From an uncultured Thalassospiraceae bacterium (GTDB lineage: Bacteria; Pseudomonadota; Alphaproteobacteria; Rhodospirillales; JABHCV01), in NCBI GenBank assembly GCA_964344645.1, contig CAYFOJ010000013.1, forward strand, positions 61 through 64,060: 64,000 nt of DNA, read 5' to 3'. The notes below the pieces were generated by a model, which was not told the DNA's origin, did no database searches, and was given only the letters and a program-made list of their open reading frames with translations. How positions within the stretch are numbered: the first letter of the stretch is position 1; each line of letters opens with the position of its first letter. The position numbers were made by a program, and so were the translations under genes. Of the stretch, positions 1 through 8,000 are shown piece after piece.

Positions 1-87
1 GTGCCATTCTTCCAAAGAACCGAATTCGTTGTTATAATGACGCCGGGGGAATCATGACGTTACGGGGAGTAGAGGGAGATCAGGCCC

Positions 88-312
88 ATGGCGCTACAAC
101 CAGGGAATCTTTTCGTGATGCTGGCGAAGCTGCTGCCTGCGGCCTTGATTGGCGTCCTGTTTTTGTCCTTCGAGGGCTATCTGCAGTGGTTCGCCCTGCT
201 CGCCCTGGTCCCCGTCTATCTGGCCTTCGCCAAGGGCTGCACCGCGTGCATGGAGGAGCCCGACCCGTCGGACAAGAACGGCGGCTGGCGTGTCGACGTG
301 GGTCAGAGGTAG
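88..312 (+). CDS. small membrane protein (74 aa, two hydrophobic segments, GCTAC motif; loosely DUF2892/YgaP-like)
   Basis: GAGGGAG RBS about 9 nt upstream of the ATG at 88; a TATAAT lies near 34-39. Two TM-like stretches. The 3' end overlaps the convergent thioesterase stop. Confidence 0.55.
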   Translation: MALQPGNLFVMLAKLLPAALIGVLFLSFEGYLQWFALLALVPVYLAFAKGCTACMEEPDPSDKNGGWRVDVGQR

Positions 313-737
313 CGCTGGTACATGTCCCGGAACCGCTGCGGGATGGGCGCGGATTTGTTGCTTTCCCGGTCCACGTAGACATGGACAAAATGCCCCAGCG
401 CCGCCGGTTTCTCATCCCCTTCCGTAAACAGGCCGACGGCGTAGGTGGCGCTTGAGGTGCCGACCTTGATTACCCGCAGCCCGGCCTCGACCATGTCCGG
501 ATAGGACAGGGAGCGGCGGAACTTGCACAGGGTCTCGACGGCCAGGGGCAGGATCGGGTCGTTCTTCCAGTCGAGCCCCCCCTCCTGCATCAGGAAACGC
601 ACGACGATGGCCTCGAAATAGCTGTAATACATGACATTGTTGACGTGCCCCAGCATGTCGTTGTCGTTCCAGCGGGTCGGCACGTCCATGCGGTAGGTGC
701 AGTCCTCCCGGCGGGTGATTTCAGGCAGGTCGCTCAT
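303..737 (-). CDS. acyl-CoA thioesterase (4HBT/hotdog family)
   Basis: Motif WNDNDMLGHVNN..YYSYFE, 144 aa. Start overlaps the stop of the upstream paralog. Confidence 0.9.
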   Translation of the reverse strand: MSDLPEITRREDCTYRMDVPTRWNDNDMLGHVNNVMYYSYFEAIVVRFLMQEGGLDWKNDPILPLAVETLCKFRRSLSYPDMVEAGLRVIKVGTSSATYAVGLFTEGDEKPAALGHFVHVYVDRESNKSAPIPQRFRDMYQRYL

Positions 738-1183
738 TGCAGTTTCTCCAGTGCGGCGCGAATGGAAGCGGGGATGGAGACCGGCTTGTTGGAGGCCCGG
801 TCGACGAAGACATGGACGAAATGGCCGCTGGCGATAGCCTTCTCACCGCCCTTGCGGAACACGGCCAGTTCGTAGCGGACGCTGGAATTCCCCAGCTTGC
901 CGGTCCTGAGCCCCAACTCGACCGTCTCCGGATAGGCGACCGACTCGTAAAAACGGCACATGGTCTCGACGGCGAGGCCGATCACCGGGGCGGAGATGAT
1001 ATCAAGCCCTCCCTGTTCGATCAGGTACCTGTTCACCACCGTGTCGAAGTAGGCGTAATAGGTGACGTTGTTGACATGACCGTAGAGGTCGTTGTCGGCC
1101 CAGCGGGTTTCGACGGTGGCGATGTGGGGGTAGTCGGTTCGGGAAAGGGGTTGTGGAGATGCCTGCTCGTTCACGTTATCCAT
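734..1183 (-). CDS. acyl-CoA thioesterase (4HBT/hotdog family)
   Basis: Motif WADNDLYGHVNNVTYYAYFD. Start moved to the ATG at 1183, which has GAGG just upstream. Confidence 0.9.
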   Translation of the reverse strand: MDNVNEQASPQPLSRTDYPHIATVETRWADNDLYGHVNNVTYYAYFDTVVNRYLIEQGGLDIISAPVIGLAVETMCRFYESVAYPETVELGLRTGKLGNSSVRYELAVFRKGGEKAIASGHFVHVFVDRASNKPVSIPASIRAALEKLQ

Positions 1184-1349
1184 CCTCAATAGCAAAGGGC
1201 CGCCGAATGCTCGGCGGCCCCTTAAATGCCTCAACCTGTCAAACTCGCCATCATTTTTTTTATTGGCTGGTCGGGGACTTTAACCATGCCGCCGGGCCTT
1301 GGCAAGCGGGAAATTAAACCAGACGACACGAACACCTGATTTTATTGAC

Positions 1350-1377
1350 TTGCATCGCTCATCAATGAGCCTATAAT
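1350..1377 (+). promoter_or_regulatory. sigma70-like promoter (TTGCAT-N16-TATAAT) with a 6-2-6 inverted repeat in the spacer; likely TA autoregulatory operator
   Basis: TTGCAT 1350-1355, GCTCAT-ca-ATGAGC 1357-1370, TATAAT 1372-1377, about 36 nt upstream of the antitoxin ATG. Confidence 0.6.
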
Positions 1378-1413
1378 TATTCCCTATATAGCGAATGATT
1401 AAGGAATGTCTCA

Positions 1414-2025
1414 ATGTTTGAAACCTTGAGCCTCACCGAAGCCGCCGTTGTCACGGGCCTGAAAGTAAAAGAAATCAATAAAGCCATCGACAACAAGGTC
1501 ATCCGTATTTCGAGGAAGCGGGTGACGACTGGAACACGGCAGGCTCGCCGGGTGCCCATGCAGGAACTTGTCGGGCTCCAGTTGGAAGAAAATTTATCTA
1601 CGTGGGTATCCCTGAACGCCCGAAAAAAGGTGATCCGTAAGGTCATTGCGGAGCGCCTCACCACAGACTTTAGCCCCAGTGACTCTCTGGTCATCCGTAT
1701 CGGTTCCGCTCGTGACCGCCTGGCTTCCGGTCTTAGGAAATTACGGCACGCTAGAAAAATGATTGAGACATCCCCTGAAATCATGGATGGAGAACCCATC
1801 ATTAAGGGAACTCGAATTCCCGCCGTTCTTATCTCCGAAATGCTGGAAGGGGGCGCTTCCGTCGAGGACATTCTGAAAGGATATCCCAATCTGTCTCGAG
1901 AACAAGTCGAACTCGCCGTGATTTACACCACCGCATATCCCCGTAGGGGGCGCCCGCCCAAGAGGTCGTGGCATAAACATGATGCCGTAAAGAAGACCCG
2001 CATTCCGTTATCCGAAATAGAATGA
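1414..2025 (+). CDS. DUF433-domain antitoxin with N-terminal putative HTH (VapB45-like)
   Basis: C-terminal SPEIMDGEPIIKGTRIP....EML..G.S.E.IL..YP.L is the DUF433 signature. ATGA overlap with the toxin. Confidence 0.85.
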   Translation: MFETLSLTEAAVVTGLKVKEINKAIDNKVIRISRKRVTTGTRQARRVPMQELVGLQLEENLSTWVSLNARKKVIRKVIAERLTTDFSPSDSLVIRIGSARDRLASGLRKLRHARKMIETSPEIMDGEPIIKGTRIPAVLISEMLEGGASVEDILKGYPNLSREQVELAVIYTTAYPRRGRPPKRSWHKHDAVKKTRIPLSEIE

Positions 2026-2405
2026 AATTTCTCGTCGACGAATGCCTTCACACTTCTCTGGTGGAATTGCTAAACGATGCGGGATTTGAAGCCCACCATG
2101 TCGTGCGTCTCGGCATGCAGGGTTTCAAGGATCATGAAGTGATGAAGCGTGTTCAGGAAGATGAATTTGTATTCGTCACGAACAATGCATCTGATTTTCG
2201 TGACCTGCATTCTCGGGAAAATTTACATCCTGGCCTCATCATCATCGTCCCGAACGTTAAACCTGTAACTCAGCAAGCGCTTTGCATGGCCGGTTTACGG
2301 CACATCGGAACCAGACTTGATCTGATCAACAAGGTCATTGAGATCAGATTGGACGATGGTGACATCGTGATCGGCGAATATGATCACCCCCGAATAGAGA
2401 TATGA
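2022..2405 (+). CDS. DUF5615 PIN-like toxin (VapC45/Mut7-C-like)
   Basis: MKFLVDECL...G....HV.......D..V......E..FVTNN.SDF...HPGLI pattern; 127 aa, directly downstream of the DUF433 gene. Confidence 0.85.
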   Translation: MKFLVDECLHTSLVELLNDAGFEAHHVVRLGMQGFKDHEVMKRVQEDEFVFVTNNASDFRDLHSRENLHPGLIIIVPNVKPVTQQALCMAGLRHIGTRLDLINKVIEIRLDDGDIVIGEYDHPRIEI

Positions 2406-2421
2406 CAACTTCCGCCCCCCC

Positions 2422-2450
2422 AAAAAAAAAGCCGCCCCGGGTGGGGCGGC
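2422..2450 (-). terminator. Rho-independent terminator
   Basis: Perfect 8-bp stem GCCGCCCC/GGGGCGGC (2431-2450) with a 4-nt loop; A9 at 2422-2430 gives U9 on the minus strand. Confidence 0.85.
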
Positions 2451-2520
2451 GAGTTTAACAGGGAGGTGTCGGGGCGAAGGATCTGGCGGCGCATGGGCCG
2501 CGAGCACATCTCCACCCGAC
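2422..2520 (-). ncRNA. candidate trans-acting sRNA (~100 nt); architecture resembles the suhB/MmgR (alpha-r8) type
   Basis: Lies in a convergent intergenic gap. 5' hairpin (GUCGGG...CCCGAC), single-stranded ACCUCCCUGUUAAACUC linker, GC hairpin plus U9. Upstream -10-like GCTATCCT and a CtrA box. Confidence 0.6.
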
Positions 2521-2543
2521 GATAAAGGATAGCAAGCTTAACC

Positions 2544-2558
2544 TTAACGTAGGATTAA
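2544..2558. promoter_or_regulatory. CtrA binding site TTAA-N7-TTAA
   Basis: TTAA cgtagga TTAAC is an exact consensus match, with an extra TTAA at 2538-2541. cckA in the same window supports an intact CtrA pathway. Confidence 0.7.
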
Positions 2559-2575
2559 CGGCGCGAACTTTACCT

Positions 2576-2758
2576 TCATGACTTGAAAACGCTTTCCGCG
2601 CCGCTTCGGGCCTCCTGCTTGAGGGCGATGGCCCGGCGTGCGCGATCGATTTCCATCTCCAGCTCCTGGATGTACTCCCCCAGTGCCTCGATGGACATGA
2701 CCTCCAGGTCTTTTTGTTCGGCGGTCTTTTTTACCGGCTCCAAATCGTCCGTATCCAT
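2576..2758 (-). CDS. DUF1192 family small coiled-coil protein
   Basis: DL..MSIEAL.EYI..LE.EI.R....I..K...R.GAESVFK pattern; usual position divergent from the quinone oxidoreductase. Confidence 0.85.
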   Translation of the reverse strand: MDTDDLEPVKKTAEQKDLEVMSIEALGEYIQELEMEIDRARRAIALKQEARSGAESVFKS

Positions 2759-2839
2759 GGGGTGCTCCTTCGTTTCCCGCTTGTCAGTGAGCCGTCAACA
2801 TACTAGACCAAACTTTCCCTTGAAAGCCGGAGACGTCAC

Positions 2840-3829
2840 ATGAGCCAATCCCTGCCAGAAACCATGACCTGCGTTGAAATCGCCGACGGCGCCCTGGTCA
2901 CGGCGACCCGCCCCCTGCCCCGCCCGCAAGCCGGTGAAGTGCTGGTCGAGGTGGCCGCCGCCGGGGTCAACCGGCCCGACGTCCTGCAGCGGCAAGGGGC
3001 CTATCCGCCGCCGCCGGGGGCCTCGGACATCCCCGGCCTGGAAATCGCCGGCACGGTTTGCGCGCTGGGCGAGGGCGTCACGGACTGGGCCCTGGGAGAC
3101 AAGGTCCTGGCCCTGGTCACCGGTGGCGGCTATGCGGAATACTGCACCGCGCCGGCCCCCCAGTGCCTGCCCGTCCCCTCGACCCTGGAAATGGACGAGG
3201 CGGCGGCCGTGCCGGAAACCTTCTTCACCGTCTGGTCCAACGTGTTTGACCGGGCCGCCCTGCAGCCGGGGGAAACCCTGCTCATCCACGGCGGTTCCAG
3301 CGGCATCGGCACGACCGCCATTCAGATGGCCCACGCCCTCGGCTCGCCGGTCATCGTCACCGCCGGCAGCGAGGAAAAATGCGGCGCCTGCGAGGTCCTG
3401 GGCGCGGACCGGTCCGTCAACTACCGGGAAGAGGACTTCGTCGCCGCGGTCAAGGAATTCACCGACGGACGCGGGGCCGACGTGGTCCTCGACATGGTCG
3501 GCGGCGATTACGTCGGGCGCAACCTGAAGGCCATGGCCGCCGACGGCAGGCTGGTCAACATCGCCTTCCTCAAGGGCAGCAAGGTGGAGGTCGACCTGAT
3601 GGCGATGATGCTGAGGCGGCTGACCCTGACCGGCTCCACGCTCCGCGCCCGCTCTGTCGATTTCAAGGCCGCCATCGCCGCCAAGCTGAAAGAGCGCATC
3701 TGGCCCCTGATCGAGGAGGAGGAAATCACCCCCTTCATCCACGCCACCTTCACCCTGGAGGAAGCGGCCCAGGCCCACGAACTGATGGAAAGCTCGGAAC
3801 ATATCGGCAAGATCGTCCTGCTGACCTGA
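2840..3829 (+). CDS. NAD(P)H:quinone oxidoreductase, PIG3/zeta-crystallin family
   Basis: GVNRPD..QRQG.YPPPPGASDIPGLE; IHGGSSGIGT; H.GKIVL. Confidence 0.93.
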   Translation: MSQSLPETMTCVEIADGALVTATRPLPRPQAGEVLVEVAAAGVNRPDVLQRQGAYPPPPGASDIPGLEIAGTVCALGEGVTDWALGDKVLALVTGGGYAEYCTAPAPQCLPVPSTLEMDEAAAVPETFFTVWSNVFDRAALQPGETLLIHGGSSGIGTTAIQMAHALGSPVIVTAGSEEKCGACEVLGADRSVNYREEDFVAAVKEFTDGRGADVVLDMVGGDYVGRNLKAMAADGRLVNIAFLKGSKVEVDLMAMMLRRLTLTGSTLRARSVDFKAAIAAKLKERIWPLIEEEEITPFIHATFTLEEAAQAHELMESSEHIGKIVLLT

Positions 3830-3932
3830 GCCGCTTTATTGGTTTACGGGGCGGGAAAAATACACTAAACGTTCACCCAGAGAATGCCCGTGGGGCATTC
3901 AAATCCCGTCATCAACAACAGGATCCCAAGCG

Positions 3933-4697
3933 ATGACGCATCCGCTGATGCCCAAAGCCACGGCCGTATGGCTGGTTGAAAACACCGCTCTTTCCTTCGA
4001 GCAGATCGCCGATTTTTGCGGCTTGCATTCCCTCGAAGTGCAGGCCATCGCCGACGATGAAGTCGCCATCGGCATGCAGGGCCTGGACCCCGTCGCCGCC
4101 GGCGAAGTGACCATGGAGGAAATCGAGCGCTGCCAGGCGGACCCGGGCGCGCGCCTCAACCCGGCCGCCGAAAGGACCCCGGTGCCGAAGAAGAAGGGCG
4201 CACGCTACACGCCGGTTTCCAAGCGTCAGGACCGCCCCGACGCCATCGCCTGGTTGCTCAAGAACTATCCCGAGATGAGCGACGCGCAGATTTCCAAGCT
4301 GATCGGCACCACCAAGCCGACCATCAATTCCATCCGCGACCGCAGCCACTGGAACGCGCCCAACATCAAGGCGCAGAACCCGGTCGGCCTGGGCCTGTGC
4401 TCGGCCAACGACCTAGAAAAGGCGGTCGCCGTGGCCCGCGCCCGCGCTGGCACCGTCCACGCCCCCAACCGGGGCCCGAAGGAAGACGAAGCGGCGCCCG
4501 AGGTGGCGGAGCCGACGCCGGAATCGAACCCGGAGCCGACCGTCGAATCCGTGTTCAAGGATCAGTTGCCGGCGCCGGAAAACGAAACCCTGGCGATTAC
4601 GGAAAACACCGACTCGACGCCCATTGCCATGCCCTCCCCCGACGACGGTCAGTCCGACCCCATCGCCATGCCGGGGCCGGACCAAGACGAGAACTGA
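3933..4697 (+). CDS. trcR: DUF1013 protein, TrcR-like RNA-polymerase-associated cell-cycle regulator
   Basis: PLMPKATAVWLVENTALSFEQIADFCGLH.LEV..IAD and RYTPVSKRQDRPDAI.WL motifs; acidic low-complexity tail. Confidence 0.85.
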   Translation: MTHPLMPKATAVWLVENTALSFEQIADFCGLHSLEVQAIADDEVAIGMQGLDPVAAGEVTMEEIERCQADPGARLNPAAERTPVPKKKGARYTPVSKRQDRPDAIAWLLKNYPEMSDAQISKLIGTTKPTINSIRDRSHWNAPNIKAQNPVGLGLCSANDLEKAVAVARARAGTVHAPNRGPKEDEAAPEVAEPTPESNPEPTVESVFKDQLPAPENETLAITENTDSTPIAMPSPDDGQSDPIAMPGPDQDEN

Positions 4698-4718
4698 CGC
4701 TGAATTCGATTCAACTTG

Positions 4719-4766
4719 GGGTAACGTCCGCCCACCGGCGGTGCGGCACATACCCTTTGTTTTTTT
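4719..4766 (+). terminator. probable intrinsic terminator after trcR
   Basis: GGGTA...TACCC outer stem enclosing CACC/GGTG, followed by TTTGTTTTTTT. Confidence 0.6.
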
Positions 4767-4781
4767 CGTCAATCGCCTGTA

Positions 4782-4982
4782 AGCTTTCGTCGGAATCTAG
4801 ACGCAAGGTTTCGGGGCTTAGAAAACCTCTACAGAGCGGCCAATTGCTAGCCGGAAATAGCGATGCTCCTGACTTCTCGGTCGGGGTGCCTGTGGTTATA
4901 CAACAGGCCCTCCGGCTAAAGGCTACAGGGGCCGTCTCTGTACGGTTTTTCTAACACCCCGATCAGCAAGTCGGACGAAGCT
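4782..4982. other. ~200-nt imperfect inverted-repeat element (structured RNA or MITE-like)
   Basis: Six nested complementary blocks: 4782-94/4971-82, 4811-16/4957-62, 4818-27/4944-54, 4830-36/4936-42, 4837-41/4930-34, 4848-55/4911-18. Two inner hairpins at 4868-85 and 4888-4908. Confidence 0.6.
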
Positions 4983-5028
4983 ATCTTGCGGTGGGCGCAC
5001 CGTGGGCTCTGGCCTCACCTTTGATAGG

Positions 5029-8000
5029 ATGGATTCGTCATCGATGGCGACGGAAAAAGTAATCATTGTCGACGACGACCGGGCGCTGCTCGATTCCTTC
5101 CGTCGCCAGTACCGCAGCCGTTTCAACCTGATGACGGAAGAAAGCGGCTACGATGTCCTAAAACACCCCTTCGATAAAGAACCGGTGGCCGTAATCGTCG
5201 TCGATATGCGCATGCCCGGCATGGACGGCATTGAACTACTGAAGCAGGTCAAGAGCCTGTCGCCGCTAACCACCCGCATCATGCTGACGGGAAACGCCGA
5301 CCAGATGACGGCGCAAAACGCCATCAACGAAGGCAACATTTTCCGCTTCTACTGCAAGCCCTGCCCACAGGAAGTGCTGGCGATGGGAATCGAGGACGGA
5401 ATCGCCGAGCATGTCCGGCTGGTCAACCAAGAGGAAACCCAGCGCCGCAGAACGGAAAACGAAGTCAAGGCGCGAACCCGGGACCTGAAGAACGAGGTTG
5501 TCGCACAAGAAAAGATTTCGGCCGAACTGCAGGCAATTCTCGACAACATGACGGAGACCGTCTACCGGACTGACATCGACGGGGTGATCACCCTGGTTTC
5601 CCGGTCCGTCAAATCTCTGACCGGCTACGACCCAGATGAAGTCCTCGGCAAGGATCTCGGCGATTACTATGTCGAACCCGCCAAGCGGGATGATTTCCTC
5701 GCCATCCTCCGCGACATGGGAGGTCAAATTCAAAACCACGAAATCCCCCTGCGGCATAAGGAAGGCCACACCGTCTGGGTGTCCGTGAACGCGCATTTCA
5801 TCTATGACGACGACAGGAAGCTTCTCGGCGTCGAGGGAACCGCGCGGGACATCACCCGGCGCAAGGACACGGAAACCAAATTGGCGGAGAACACCAGGGA
5901 ACTTGAATTCCAGAAGTTCGCCATGGACCAGCACGCCATTGTCAGCGTGACCGACGCCGAGGGAACCATCACCTACGTCAACGACAGATTTTGCCATATC
6001 AGCGGCTATTTGCGCGAAGAGTTGATCGGTCAAAACCACCGAATTCTCAAGTCCGGTGAGCATCAACCGCCATTCTTCCAGGAGCAATGGACAAGGCTCT
6101 CCAAGGGCCAGGTCTGGAGCGGCCAGATGAAGAACAGGCGCAAGAACGGCAGCCATTTCTGGGTCGAGGCGACCCTCATTCCGTTCCTCGACGACAATGC
6201 CCGGCCATATCAGTTCTACGGCGTGCAAACGGACATCACCGAGCAGAAGGAAACAGAGGCCCGCCTGGTCAAGAGCGAGGAGGCCATGCGCGCCGCCCGC
6301 AAGGCCGCCGACGACGCGGATTTCCGCCTGACCACGGCTCTCAATTCCATCGAGGACGGCTTCGCCCTTTTCGACAGCCAGGACCGGTTCGTCCTGTGCA
6401 ACCACGTCTGCAAGAACATCTTTCGAAATTCCGCCGACACGCTGGTTCCGGGCACGCCCTTCGAGGAGATCGTCAGAACCCAGGCCGAACAAGGCGATAT
6501 CGCCCAGGCCGACGGCCGCGTCGAGGAGTGGGTGACGGAACAAATGGCCGTCCGCCAGTCCGGCAAACCCTACCGTGAACTGGAATTGAGCGACGGGCGC
6601 CGGTTCAGAGTCGCCACCCACCCGACCCCCGACGGCGGCAAGGTGACATTCATGACCGATATCACCGAGCTGTGGAAAAGCAATCAGGCCCTCAAGGAAA
6701 GTGAGGCCAAGCTGCGCGATTATGCGGAGACATCCGCCGATTGGTACTGGGACATGGACGCCGACCTCCGCTTCAGTGCCTATTCCGGCAATATCGCTCG
6801 CTACGCCCTGGACCCCAGCCAGTTAATCGGCAAGCAACGCTGGGATCTGGCCGATGCGGACCTAACCACCGAACACTGGCGAAGGCACAAAGCAGACCTG
6901 GAGGACCGACGGCCTTTCAAGGATTTCGAATACTCTCTGAAACGCCCGGACGGTCAATGGATTCACGTCAGCGTCAGCGGCAAACCCGTGTTCGACGATG
7001 ACGGCATTTTCCAGGGCTACCGGGGCACGACGAAGGATATCTCCACCATTAGGCATTTGAAGGAGAACCTTGAGACCGCCCTCAATCACGCCGAGGCCGC
7101 CAATCAAGCGAAATCCGGTTTCCTTGCCTCCATGAGCCATGAAATCCGCACCCCCATGGCCGGCGTCATGGGCTTTGCCGACATGCTCATGGAAGACGAC
7201 ATGCCACCGGAAAGCATGGAGAAAGTCTATCGGATTAGAGAATCCACCCAATCCCTGCTGTCCATTCTCAACGGCATTCTCGATATTTCGAAACTGGAGG
7301 CGGGAAAAATGGAGATCGAGACCCTCGATTTTCATCTGCCGTCCCTGCTCGACGGCGCCGTCGACATGTTCCACGAGAAGAACGAGGCGGACCATCGCCG
7401 GAATTTGACGATTTCGTCCGAGCTCTCCGACGACCTGCCCGAGAACATTCAATCGGACCCGACACGGCTCAGGCAAATTTTGCTCAACCTGATGGGCAAC
7501 GCGGTGAAGTTCACCGAGGCCGGTGGGGTCACCCTGAAGGCAGACATGATTCGCGACAACAGTGCAGACATGCTGCGCTTCCAGGTGGCCGACACCGGCA
7601 TCGGCCTGAAGCCCGAACACATTGAAAAGCTGTTCACGGACTACACCCAGGCGGAGGCATCGACCAGCCGCCACTATCAGGGCACGGGTCTAGGCCTTTC
7701 CATCTGCAAACAACTGGTCAACCTGATGGGCGGGGAAATCGCCGTCGAAAGCACCCCGGATGTCGGAAGCACCTTCTGGTTCACCCTGCCCTACGTCAGG
7801 GCCGAAACCGATCCGGAAACCGAAGGCGGACGAAAGGAAGTCAAATTCGCAGGACGGCGCAAGCTGCGTATTCTCGCCGCCGAGGACAACGGCCTGAACC
7901 AGCGCATCATCATGGCGATCATGACCGCCTACGGCCACGACGTGGAAATCACCGAGAACGGAGCCCTGGCCGTGGAAGCCCAACGGACGGGAGATTACGA

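Noticed and set aside
54-455. 133-aa ORF with a GGGGGA RBS
   Set aside because: It overlaps two better-supported genes and the translation looks non-protein-like; the 88-312 frame is preferred.
1280-1287. TTAACCAT CtrA half-site
   Set aside because: An isolated half-site with no clear promoter geometry; too weak to call.
4621-4680. Duplicated PIAMP motif in the TrcR tail
   Set aside because: Two short copies in a disordered acidic tail; most likely local slippage without functional evidence.
4799-4845. GACGCAA...CTA resemblance to a c-di-GMP-I (GEMM) riboswitch
   Set aside because: There is no upstream GCAAA / GAAA-tetraloop P2 stem, and the bases take part in the larger inverted repeat instead.
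4782-4982. Naming the long hairpin as 6S, SRP or RNase P RNA
   Set aside because: It has no SRP domain IV motif or RNase P GAGGAAAGUCC and lacks the usual 6S gene context, so it is left unassigned.
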